This document shows, piece by piece, positions 13,201 to 63,052 of a stretch of DNA of 64,000 nt. The DNA is from Hormiphora californensis (lineage: Eukaryota > Animalia > Ctenophora). Below the pieces are notes generated by a model. The model made no database searches. It was not told the origin of the DNA and saw only the letters and a program-made list of their open reading frames with translations. The translations under genes and the position numbers were made by a program. Numbering within the stretch: position 1 is the first letter of the stretch; each line of letters starts with the position of its first letter. The DNA is taken from contig CM035350.1 of assembly GCA_020137815.1 (NCBI GenBank), forward strand, positions 3,286,001 to 3,350,000. The letters are read 5' to 3'.

Positions 13201-13470
13201 TTTGTTGGGATACTGGCTAGACCAGAACATGCGCTAATTATAAGTAAACGTTTTTCAAGTGCAACCTTTCAGAACTTTACCCATAGCAACACCCTCTCCC
13301 TCTCTGATCTGTCTCTCTATTCGTCTCATCTAGTGACGCTTCCTTCCCCACCATATGTATATCACTCTCCCGCTCTCACTCTTTCAACCACTTTCCTAAG
13401 AACAGTGTTACACATGATACTGCAGCACGTGCCAAATGTCTCGGCAACTAGCGCCAAACAGCAATTATAA
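10257..13470 (-). CDS. NlpC/P60 (CHAP-like, papain fold) family protein, catalytically degenerate; N-terminus uncertain
   Basis: In-phase GT-AG exons 12852-12724, 12391-12347, 10807-10657 and 10411-10257, with a candidate upstream exon at about 13470-13380. Protein: VGSKDFSADIKKGPGAGEAKHNTFVGEVCLSAGAYVPRRIINDVVCRGLGLCMAHTALILPENTGDWSDRATSIPGWNVVVYPQPGDVIAYNGLPAIVVSQNTSVTVLDGMVKESNWGFKLGHENAVVRRFVPK. The motif order fits K-C-N.FV...AGA.VP / IPGW..V..PQPGD / GH..IV / N.WGF proteins. Confidence 0.7.
10869..12204. mobile_element. Foldback element with (AATAAAAGGCTGC)n subterminal arrays, inside an intron of the NlpC/P60-like gene
   Basis: Arms at about 10869-11415 and 11638-12204 are near-perfect reverse complements, with termini TGGCAGGTGAGTAGAACTTCGCTCC. 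No clear TSD. Confidence 0.85.
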
Positions 13471-13779
13471 CCTCACTCTTTTACAGCCGAGAAGCTACTA
13501 CAACTATTAGCCTTACCCATGCTTACGTGGGCTTTGTTATCTCTAGTGTTCTTTTCAAATCTATACTCCCTGCATCGTCTCTCGACTTTATACCGTGCCC
13601 TTTTTGTCTATAACTATTATAATAGTATAGTATAATACCCCCCTTCTCCCGATTTGAAGCTCTCGCTCATGCGAGATGAACATGCTATGGAGTTCATAGC
13701 TTTTATTACAGTAATTATAAGCTGGTAGCAATACCATAATATTTTCTAATCTAATCATCAATACGACCAACTTCATCAA

Positions 13780-16119
<2,340 letters not shown>

Positions 16120-17058
16120 TATAGCACTATAGTACTGGACGAACTACCTTACCAATGCTTTATGCCACCCGTTTTTACATTTATCCACCGCTCTTTCTTG
16201 GTTGATAATCCGCCGCTCTCTTTTTTACATTTCACACTTTACTTCCCGTTCGAAGTTCGAACCATTTTCTATGATAACGCCTCCAGCCCGCCCGTACATG
16301 CTGCATACTTTAGTGGTATATTGCTTGTCAGTGGTATCAGCCTCCCTTTCAGCTGAACGTGGACGATTTTTGTAGACAGCCGTCCCTCTCTCTCCCTCTC
16401 TCTTTCTCTCCTCCATCCTTCTTCTCTATCTCCCCCTTCTCACATGTCGTCTTTGGAAATTGTCATTAGCACGTATATACAATATAACCAGGGCGGTGGT
16501 CCACTACAGGCCTATATTCATTACTATATGGAGCTAGACCGAGCTGTAATTGGAGGGCAACCCCTGCTGTTAATCTCTCTCACACTTCCTCCAGTCCATC
16601 TCTCCCCCAAACCGCAATCCGTCACAACTATAGTTCCTCCTTCCTCCTAATAATAATATGGACTGGGAGCTGCTGTTAGAGCCTCATTGTGTGCATATAT
16701 ATTTTATATTGCTAGTATTATATGTGTGCCCTATCCAGTAACGCTCCACTGATGCATAGCTCTCTGTTTGTGAGATGAAGAACCCAAATCTTAGCTATTA
16801 TAGAGTTCGACTTGATCGCTTTGTTCGACCCTCTCTCTCTCCGCGATCATCTTGGCTCTCTCTCCGTGTCCCGAAACTAGAAAAATTTGAACAAAACAAT
16901 TAGTTTAACTGGTGTGCCACTGAAACCGAGTTGCTTCTAAAAGATCTAGATCCTATCTTATCTGTTGTTCAACTTCATACTTTTAGTATTTTGTCTAATG
17001 TAGAACGGGCCTCCGACTCTGATCAAGTGAATTGTTCCTTTCCCCCTAAGCTCACCTA

Positions 17059-36911
<19,853 letters not shown>

Positions 36912-37340
36912 ATGCGAAATTAAATTGTCTAGATTAGGGGAAGAGAAAAGAACCTGTTAAATATTAAAGACATATCTGTGTTCCCCTCTCACTTTAAATA
37001 ATATTAGTACTTCAAATAATAATATTACATAGTTCTACAAATAATTACTCCCATTGAAATAAAATAAGATTGCGTTACATAAGCGTCTTTTAGTTGTAGG
37101 TTACTTGCAACCTGACAATCTAGATTGACCTAATACAGTATTTTAGTTCAGTGTTTTAACTATATATCGGTATTCGTTATAGCAAGGGTAGTGACAGAGC
37201 TCCCTTGCTATTTAACACTCCCTATCCCTACAGAGTCTCAGTACAAGGGTCAACTCAGTTCCTATAATATGAGGTACAGCTCATCTAACAACTCCTAGAT
37301 GGTCTGGTACCCTTCTCTAGATATTATGTAATATCCGCTG

Positions 37341-44644
<7,304 letters not shown>

Positions 44645-44837
44645 TCTAAAATCTAAAAAGACAACAGTTGTAAACTGACTATATATGTACTGTGATATAA
44701 TACGATGTAAATAATTGATATATAATATGGTTAAAGAAAAACCCTGACCAATCGTTACCTCGAACCACGAACCAACCGCAACGATTTCGCTAAATCAAAA
44801 TGTTTGTGCTAGCTAATCAAAATAACTTACTAAATTT

Positions 44838-46026
44838 ATGTAATGTAATGTAATGTAATATATGCATTTAATATACCACTTTCTAGTGTAAATAATACGG
44901 TGTCCGTATTGATAGCCAACGCTATACGAACACACACACTTCCTAAAGTGGTTATAAGACCAAAAAACACGAACGTTCTACGTAAACATACGAAACGAGT
45001 TAGTAACCCATTTTAATGATCCCGTTTTGAATGTAATATTTCCCATTTGGATCTTCCAGTCTAAGCCTCTTTACGGTTTCTACTAGTTGTTTTCGTTCCT
45101 TTTGTTGAACAGGAGTCAGATCCGGTGAGAAAAATACAGATGAAAAGTTTTCCGATTGTTTCAAGAGTTTTGCTTTCCTAAGAAGTGCAAACAGAGATTC
45201 TCTGCTCTCCAGAGAGATAACCAGTGGTCTCGTTTTGGAACTTGAATCCAGTTTTTGGCCGACTCGTTTCATTGATTTAGTAACAGGTTTCTCATTTAAC
45301 TCTTCGAATAGTTCTTTCACTGAGATTGAATCAACTCGGGTCGTAGACTCAGGTAAACCAAACACCACGAGGTTTTTAGCTCTATCAGGCTCCACCACTG
45401 CATTGCTAGACGCTGAGCTCCGAGGGGTTGCTGCATTTTTCACTACCTTAGGGGTGATCACAGAGCAGTTTTGACTCAAAACGGTAGAATATGCTTTCAT
45501 TTTAGCAACAGAACTGGACGTAGACTCGAGATGGCGGTCTTGTAGAGCGATAATCTTCTTCTGTAGGTCAATTACAGAGATCCGATGCTTATCAAGTTCC
45601 TCCTTGCATTTCTGCATGCGCAGTTCAGCTTCTTTCACTTTACAATCCATGACATGCTGAGAATTCATATACCGATTTACAACACGTATACTGCTAACAA
45701 TAGTCCTGCTACTCAGATTAATAACCTCCTCAATGCTACAGTTTTTGAACGCATTCCTTAACATTCTATCATGATCGTCGATTTGGGCGTCACTGCTAGT
45801 GTACCTCTTGATTTTAGCATGATCAATGTCCCAATCTTGAGGGTTGGGATTAGCTTCCATTTCTTTCCGGCAGTCAGGGTTGAAGATCATTGAAAGATGA
45901 AGAGCCCATGTTGCGATTGAGTCATCATTTATCATAGGGCTATCACCCTTCTCCTCTGTCGTTGTCATTTCTACACCTAGAGGCCGAGCCTCAATAAATA
46001 GTTTTACGTTGTAGTTGATGAAAGTT
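44838..46026 (-). mobile_element. ORF1-only non-autonomous non-LTR element: SL-like 5' end, intact ORF1, L2-like 3' UTR and (CATTA)n tail
   Basis: SL-like AACTTTCATCAACTACAACGTAAAACTATTTATTGAG at 46026-45990, then ORF1. The 3' UTR at 44999-44860 aligns with the LINE 3' end at 3660-3800, and a (TAATG)n tail is at 44838-44858. Confidence 0.75.
45000..45968 (-). CDS. L2/CR1-type ORF1 protein (coiled coil + RRM-like + C-terminal domain), 322 aa from the ATG after the SL-like segment
   Basis: Intact ORF (an in-frame upstream ATG is at 46040). Motifs RAKNLVVFGLPE, KRVG...TRPLVI and LRKAKLLK...VFFSPDLTPVQQKERKQL are characteristic of CR1/L2 ORF1. Confidence 0.8.
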   Translation of the reverse strand: MTTTEEKGDSPMINDDSIATWALHLSMIFNPDCRKEMEANPNPQDWDIDHAKIKRYTSSDAQIDDHDRMLRNAFKNCSIEEVINLSSRTIVSSIRVVNRYMNSQHVMDCKVKEAELRMQKCKEELDKHRISVIDLQKKIIALQDRHLESTSSSVAKMKAYSTVLSQNCSVITPKVVKNAATPRSSASSNAVVEPDRAKNLVVFGLPESTTRVDSISVKELFEELNEKPVTKSMKRVGQKLDSSSKTRPLVISLESRESLFALLRKAKLLKQSENFSSVFFSPDLTPVQQKERKQLVETVKRLRLEDPNGKYYIQNGIIKMGY

Positions 46027-46449
46027 CTAGTCAAGCTCATTAGCTCTAACTTTTGCCTAACAGACGGTCAATAACAGATGCCCTTCAAAAAATATGTAGA
46101 TTTTAAATTTGCCCCCTCTCGTTTGGGCGCCGTTGCGATCTGCTTGTTTGGTGGCCTGTTTACAGGTGTGTGCTACCAAAAAAGTTGATTCACTAAAATG
46201 GCTCTAACCGCCAAACCACTCAACCGTTTTGGCTAATTCGTTTATCTGGTAGGAAATGTCAAGGCCTAACCCCAGCCTAAACCCCAGCCCTAATCCTAAC
46301 CATACTTTAGCCCTAACCGGTAACCTTGGCCTATGCTACAGGCCCTAGAAGCCGTGGAAAACGCGCGCACTTGGGGTCTGCAGCGCATGCCAACCGGTAA
46401 CCCTAAAAACCGTTTGTCAGATTTTGACGCTGGCCCTCGCGCTCTCGTT

Positions 46450-47812
46450 TACGGTGGCTGATTCACGCCAACTTTTTTCTCGATGAAAAAATATCAAAGA
46501 AAAATTACGAAGAAAAATTTCAATGAAAAAAAACACACACAAACTTTTTTGGCGTGAATCAGCCACCAGCCATGGCTGATCTCCGCCAACGTTTCACAAA
46601 AAAACGTTGGCGTGAATCAGCCACCCCATGGCTGATCCACGCCAAGTAACGTGTTTCGACCTAGAACTCACTAGAGGCAAGCCAATTCCGGTTGTACATC
46701 CTAGGTATGGGTCTCCTGAACATGAAAAACCAAAATGTCAGTCTCAATTGTTTGGGGGGAGGTGTGTAATTAGCCCCTAATTGATTGGTAATTGAGCATA
46801 AGGAGAAAAACGCTGTATATACCCTTAGGAAAGGAGAAGAGACACAATTAAGGGCACCAAAGTGTTCAGCGTCCTCGCATTATTGGGGATAGGTGCCAGA
46901 ATTAAGTCTCTATCTCATCTGGTTAATTGGATAATTGGATAATTAAGTATGCATATAGCCGTTTGCTGGCCATATGGCTATAAGCCACTTAGGAATGGTT
47001 TAGAGACTTTTCATTGGTGCCATTTTGAAGGCAATGGCCAAGTTATGGGGGGTCGATGTCGGACTTTTAAGCTCTATCTTCAACCGTTTAGCCGTTATTT
47101 GGCTTTAAAGGTGCTCAAAATTAGCAAAAAACGGTAAAAAGCCCGATTTTGAGCACCTTTAAAGCCAAATAACGGCTAAACAGTTGAAGATAGAGCTTAA
47201 AAGTCCGACGTCGACCCCCCTTAACTTGGCCATTGCCTACAAAATAGCACCAATGAAAAGTCTCTAAACCATTTCTAAGTGGCTATAGCCGTATGGCCAA
47301 AAACGGCTATGTGCATACCTAATTATCCAATTATCTAATTAACCAGATGAGATAGAGACTTAATTCTGGCACCTATCCCCAATAATGCGAGGACGCTAAA
47401 CACTTTGGTGCCCTTAATTGTGTCTCTTCTCCTTTCTTAAGGGTAGATACAGCGTTTTTCTCCTTATGCTCAATTACCAATCAATTAGGGGCTAATTACA
47501 CACCTCCCCAAACAATTGAGACTGACATTTTGGTTTTTCATGTTCAGGAGGCCCATACCTAGGATGTACAACCGGAATTGGCTTGCCTCTAGTGAGCTCT
47601 AGGTCGAAACACGTTACTTGGCGTGGATCAGCCATGGGGTGGCTGATTCACGCCAACGTTTTTTTGTGAAACGTTGGCGGAGATCAGCCATGACTGGTGG
47701 CTGATTCACGCCAAAATATTTTTTGTGTTTTTTTTTTCTTTGAATCTTTTTTTCTTCTTTTTTTTCTTTCGATTTTTTCTATTAAAAAAGTTGGCGTGAA
47801 TCAGCCACCGTA
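46450..47812. mobile_element. 1.36-kb foldback element, IS3EU-like (TACGG...CCGTA termini, 6-bp TSD)
   Basis: Long inverted arms with repeated GGTGGCTGATTCACGCCAA. CTCGTT lies at 46444-46449 and 47813-47818 directly outside the termini. Confidence 0.8.
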
Positions 47813-48260
47813 CTCGTTTTTCTAGAGCGGGAAAAAGTTCAACATTAACCTGCGCGCCACACTGTGGCAGCGTGAGCACATGGATTTAACGCGTGTTCCA
47901 GTCACTCTATTTATACGTCTCTGCGCGGCGGTACGCTGTACTGTGCTATTTTCCATTTTGAAATTTTGTGTCCAAATTTGGCAAAATCCCTTTTGCTAAG
48001 GTCTTGGAATGTGCTACATAACAGCCTCCTCATGCGTATGCCAAGCACTTTCCGGGTGACAAGCAGTCGGTAACCCCTTTAAATTGCATAATACATACCG
48101 TGAATAGCAGTGACTTTTTATCTTTCGAGTTTTGCGACAAAATCTCACACCCAACACTTCCCCGCGGCCTCAAAATATTATTATTTATTATTAAATCTGT
48201 TTACAATAACTTGACACTGTCAATATTGTCAAAATATAAACATAATTACATTTTTGTAGC

Positions 48261-49454
48261 ATGACTGATAGCGAAGCAGAGAAAGAGGTCGAAAACCTAA
48301 TTTCAGTATATAAAGAAGCATGTAAGAAAGTCGAAAAACCTCCCATCAACAAATTTGTGGAGTTTCTCAACCTTGTCGACAAGGAAAATGAGCCTTCAAT
48401 TGATGGATATAACATTGACCTCAGTGGGAATCTTCCAGAGTTCAAATACAACCGGCTCGATCATAACGATGCTATCGCAATTGCTAGGGAGCTCAGCGAG
48501 GACTTTATCATTTCAGATCTGAACCTTTCCTTCAACAACATTGAAAACACTGGTGCCATTGCCCTCGGAAAGTCTCTCCAGGACAATAAGTTCCTTGAAT
48601 CACTGGACCTTTCCATGTGTGACATTGATGTCAAAGGAGTTGAGGCAATCTGCACTGGCCTACAAATGAATGACAACCTGAAACGGTTGAATCTCAAGGG
48701 GAACAAGTTTGGGAGGCAGGGTGGCATTCTTCTCTCTGCAACTCTTCAGGTTAACTCCACCCTCCGTGATTTGAACATTGCAGACACAGACCAGACAAAC
48801 GAGAGTCTTATTGCCCTGACAACGGTCCTTCATCATAACACCACTATCAAAAAGCTGGATGTGAGCAATCCCCTACTTGTGAGCGAGCAAGAGGAAACCA
48901 CTGTCCACTTTTCCAAAATGCTCAAAGTCAACTATGGGCTGACTGAGTTGAGGCTCTGCAAACACGGAATCATGGACTTTGGAGCTAGTCAGCTGGCGGA
49001 TGCCCTTTGCGACAACAACTCTCTCCTTTTCCTTGATTTAGGATGCAATAAGATCAGTGAGGATGGAGCCAGAGCGCTGGCCGGGCTCATCCGACAAAAC
49101 ACTCCCCTGAAAAAGTTATCTCTGACCTCCAACAGGATCGGTGACAATGGAGTTGTAGTGATCAGTGAGGCCGTCGCTACTAACAACTGTAATCTCACCA
49201 CCCTCATGGTAAACAATAATGGTATCACGGAGAAGGGTCTGTGTGCTGTAGCTGCGGCCCTTCGTCTCAACATCACCCTCACCAATGTCTACATCTGGGG
49301 CAATGAGCTGAGGAACACAGCGTGCGATGCTTTTGAGCGGCTGATGGATGGAAACAAACCCCGGATTCTACCTCATAACACGGATATTGAGCCATACAAA
49401 GTAGATGGAGTTACCTACCTGTCCGAGGCTGGACACTACCTATTCTCTCATTGA
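48261..49454 (+). CDS. LRRC34: Leucine-rich repeat-containing protein 34 (RI-like LRRs), copy 1, intronless, 397 aa
   Basis: 28-aa RI-like LRRs with LRRC34-type motifs PLLVSEQEETTVHFSKML, LCKHGI, LDLGCNKI, VYIWGN and NTDIEPYKVDGVTYLSE. Confidence 0.88.
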   Translation: MTDSEAEKEVENLISVYKEACKKVEKPPINKFVEFLNLVDKENEPSIDGYNIDLSGNLPEFKYNRLDHNDAIAIARELSEDFIISDLNLSFNNIENTGAIALGKSLQDNKFLESLDLSMCDIDVKGVEAICTGLQMNDNLKRLNLKGNKFGRQGGILLSATLQVNSTLRDLNIADTDQTNESLIALTTVLHHNTTIKKLDVSNPLLVSEQEETTVHFSKMLKVNYGLTELRLCKHGIMDFGASQLADALCDNNSLLFLDLGCNKISEDGARALAGLIRQNTPLKKLSLTSNRIGDNGVVVISEAVATNNCNLTTLMVNNNGITEKGLCAVAAALRLNITLTNVYIWGNELRNTACDAFERLMDGNKPRILPHNTDIEPYKVDGVTYLSEAGHYLFSH

Positions 49455-49617
49455 ACTTTTATATCAGATAAAATCCAGATTTATTGTTTAGACTGTTGAA
49501 AGTGTTGAAATTGTAAAAATAAAATTGAAATTGTTCGCTTAGAAATTGAGAAGTTTGTTTTCTCCAAACTCTGTCGTCCATTACTTTCTACCTCAATATA
49601 AACGAATTTTGCCCAGG

Positions 49618-50802
49618 ATGGACCCGCTCGAAAACACTGAAAGTCCAGAATGCCAGCGGCTTAAAAAGTTATATTTCGATGCCTGTGAGGAGCATGGATG
49701 TTTCCATCTCGATCCCCTCGTTGACATTCTGGAAGGACACAGCCCTCATGGAACACGTCTTATCCTCCGGGGAAACATGAAAATGTTCAGAAAGAAGGCC
49801 CTCACGGACTCTGATTTCCTTGCCATGGCTATGGTCCTCAGAACGGACACTTTTATAACTCGTCTAGACCTCTCCTACAACTCAATCAGCGATGAAGTTT
49901 GTGTAGGTCTGGGGGAGGCAATTGCAAAGAACAAAACCCTCAAACAGCTCAACCTTTCGATGTGCGATCTAAGCGTTGATGGTTGTTTTGCGATTTGTAA
50001 GGGCCTGGAATTCAATTATGCCATCACCCACGTCAACATGTCGGGCAACAGTTTCGGTCGGGATGGCTCTGTGGAGCTGGCTGCCACCCTCCAACTAAAC
50101 AACACCATAACCCACCTCTACCTATCATCCACCCACCAAACCGCCCAGAGCGTTATTCCTGTGTGTACTGTGGTTAGCTGTAATGGTACGGGAATCCAAC
50201 ATTTAGATCTCTCCCGGACCATCCCTCCCTCAGACCCTGAGGTGCTGGGCGAGCATGTCAACAGGCTGCTAGTCCTCTGCAACACTCTCACTTCCCTTCG
50301 GCTGGCTAAGTGCGATCTGACTGATGTTTGTGTGAAGATTATCGCACCTGCACTTGTACAAAATGTAACCCTGACCTCTCTTGACCTGTCCTGTAACAAA
50401 ATCTCCAGCGACGGCGCCAAGACTCTAGCTGAGGTGCTGCGGGCGAACCAAACCCTACTGGAACTAAAGATGTGTTCTAACCGTATAGAGGACGAGGGTA
50501 CAGTGGCACTGGGTCTGGTACTTTCTAGTGGGAATGATACCCTGAAAAAGCTGTGGATAACAAACAATTCGGTGACGGGCCGAGGTTTGTCTTCCCTGGC
50601 TAACGCCCTTCAATTCAACATGACCCTATCCCACGTGTACATTTGGGGTAATGCTCTCGACAATATGGCCTGTAATGCCTTCTCTCATCTTCTTATGGGA
50701 GAGACACCTAGATTGAGGAGTTCAAATGTGGACATAAAACCATATGTGGTGGACGGGGTTAACTATCTGGCGGAACAGGGTCGACATGGATTCTCCCATT
50801 AG
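49618..50802 (+). CDS. LRRC34: LRRC34 paralog, copy 2, intronless, 394 aa
   Basis: Colinear with copy 1 (LNLSMCDL, LDLSCNKISSDGA, HVYIWGN, VDIKPYVVDGVNYLAE, ends FSH). First ATG at 49618. Confidence 0.85.
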   Translation: MDPLENTESPECQRLKKLYFDACEEHGCFHLDPLVDILEGHSPHGTRLILRGNMKMFRKKALTDSDFLAMAMVLRTDTFITRLDLSYNSISDEVCVGLGEAIAKNKTLKQLNLSMCDLSVDGCFAICKGLEFNYAITHVNMSGNSFGRDGSVELAATLQLNNTITHLYLSSTHQTAQSVIPVCTVVSCNGTGIQHLDLSRTIPPSDPEVLGEHVNRLLVLCNTLTSLRLAKCDLTDVCVKIIAPALVQNVTLTSLDLSCNKISSDGAKTLAEVLRANQTLLELKMCSNRIEDEGTVALGLVLSSGNDTLKKLWITNNSVTGRGLSSLANALQFNMTLSHVYIWGNALDNMACNAFSHLLMGETPRLRSSNVDIKPYVVDGVNYLAEQGRHGFSH

Positions 50803-51055
50803 TGTGTGACTGCCTATTTTATTTGTCATTTCGAGATTGTTCTTTGTAATTGTGTCATTGTGTTATTTCGTTTAGTATGAAGCTCTGAGCTTTTTGTAAA
50901 GGTAACTTTTGAATTGTATCAACTTTTGGATTTCATTTCACATAACTTCACCATGTCTTACTGTTTCCCACCCGGACTGGGTTAAATACCCTCGACTAAC
51001 CACGCTCCCTGTTTCTAGAAAATAATACCGAGCTATACTAACCACTAACCGCCAC

Positions 51056-60940
<9,885 letters not shown>

Positions 60941-61414
60941 GTACACATGTGTGCCGACTGCCGGTGGCACTTTCTAGTGATAGTGTTAAATATTGTAGAG
61001 CGACGTTCATTATACTTGAAACTGGGGCGATCACGTAACGATCGCACATCTTTAGAAAACTCCATTCTCTGTCCTCGTGCTGGCGATTATGAGACGTAGA
61101 ACACTCAATAAACACCACTGAATTAGCAGGAACACACCACCCCCAAATTCTTCCTTGCAGTACATTGTGTCTGATGTGTTCTCCAGTAGGGTACATTATA
61201 TCATGCTTGTTTTGTTCAAACCCGAATGGCAGTCTAGCTTGGCAAATATCATGCATATAATTATAATAAAAATATAAATATGATAAAGCTAAATTATCGA
61301 AGTCGAAGTGCAAGCATGATACGTACATATTAGTGACCAGTGTCCACTGTTCACCCATCCCCACCAATCCCTTTGCCCACCAACCATGACAAAATACACA
61401 TTAGCATAGCAACA

Positions 61415-63052
61415 CACGGTGCACCAGAAGGATCGTCAACCCAAAGTTGAGCCCGCAAAACAAACTTTTGTTGGGGGTGACCCAGGAGGCCTTCCTGAAC
61501 ATCCCCACGGTGAGAAAAGTATATGTTATCGGGGAAAATTTTTGTAAAAATCGAAAAAACTGGTTTTTGGTCCAAATTTGTGCATAACTTACTTGACTGC
61601 CGTTTGATGAAATATCTGATTGACATAAAATAAGTATACAAGACCTATTTTTGCACGAGGAATCGATTGCCGGTGGAGAGAAATCTCTAAAATGACCAGA
61701 AAATTGTCAAATATGGGAATTTTGTCATTTTTTTGAGGTTTTTGGCCCTTTAACCATTGAAAACGTTGAGATAGGAAGTTGGCAATAGCGCCAATCGTTG
61801 AAATGGTCATTTTTCTACGGGATCCCAAAATTTCATGTATATCCGATTCATGGTTAGATTTTGGCAAACTATTGAGATGTGCTTACTGAAAAAAGGATAA
61901 CTTGATTTTCTCGTTTTTTGCGATTTTTTAACTTTTGAAAGAATTCTGATTGAAATGGCCAATCAGGGCCATGCTAAAGTTGTTTATGGGACAATTTTCG
62001 ACCAAAATCCAAGATTTCATGCAAATCCAATGACAGATCATTGATTTATAGAAAGTTGAAATAGGCAAAAAAGGCCAATTTTTACCATGAAAACAAAAAT
62101 ACACATTTTTTCTTGTCAATTTCCATCAACAACTGGTACCCTACCTATTATTTGCACGTAGAATCGATTGCCGGTGGAGTGGATCCTCTTAAATGATTGG
62201 AAAAGCGGTCAAAATGCCATTTTTTGGAGGTCCAAAAACTTCCAAAATATGACATTTGTACCGCTTTCCAATCATTTAAGAGGATCCACTCCACCGGCAA
62301 TCGATTCTACGTGCAAATAATAGGTAGGGTAACAGTTGTTGATGGAAATTGACAAGAAAAAATGTTTATTTTTGTTTTCATGGTAAAAATTGGCCTTTTT
62401 TGCCTATTTCAACTTTCTATAAATCAATGATCTGTCATTGGATTTGCATGAAATCTTGGATTTTGGTCGAAAATTGTCCCATAAACAACTTTAGCATGGC
62501 CCTGATTGGCCATTTCAATCAGAATTCTTTCAAAAGTTAAAAAATCGCAAAAAACGAGAAAATCAAGTTATCCTTTTTTCAGTAAGCACATCTCAATAGT
62601 TTGCCAAAATCTAACCATGAATCGGATATACATGAAATTTTGGGATCCCGTAGAAAAATGACCATTTCAACGATTGGCGCTATTGCCAACTTCCTATCTC
62701 AACGTTTTCAATGGTTAAAGGGCCAAAAACCTCAAAAAATGACAAAATTCCCATATTTGACAATTTTCCGGTCATTTTAGAGATTTCTCTCCACCGGCAA
62801 TCGATTCCTCGTGCAAAAATAGGTCTTGTATACTTATTTTATTTCAATCAGATATTTCATCAAACGGCAGTCAAGTAAGTTATGCACAAATTTGGACCAA
62901 AAACCAGTTTTTTCGATTTTTACAAAAATTTTCCCCGATAACATATACTTTTCTCACCGTGGGGATGTTCAGGAAGGCCTCCTGGGTCACCCCCAACAAA
63001 AGTTTGTTTTGCGGGCTCAACTTTGGGTTGACGATCCTTCTGGTGCACCGTG
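61415..63052. mobile_element. 1.64-kb foldback element, Chapaev-like (CACGG...CCGTG termini, 4-bp TSD AACA)
   Basis: About 800-bp near-identical inverted arms, AACA at 61411-61414 and 63053-63056, and mirror-image ORFs. Confidence 0.88.

Noticed and set aside
44831-46110. TAAATTT as a TSD for the ORF1-only element
   Set aside because: A short AT-rich match about 80 bp beyond the SL-like 5' end; likely chance.
46265-46320. CCTAAC-like repeats suggesting interstitial telomere sequence
   Set aside because: Few, degenerate copies; more likely part of an interspersed repeat.
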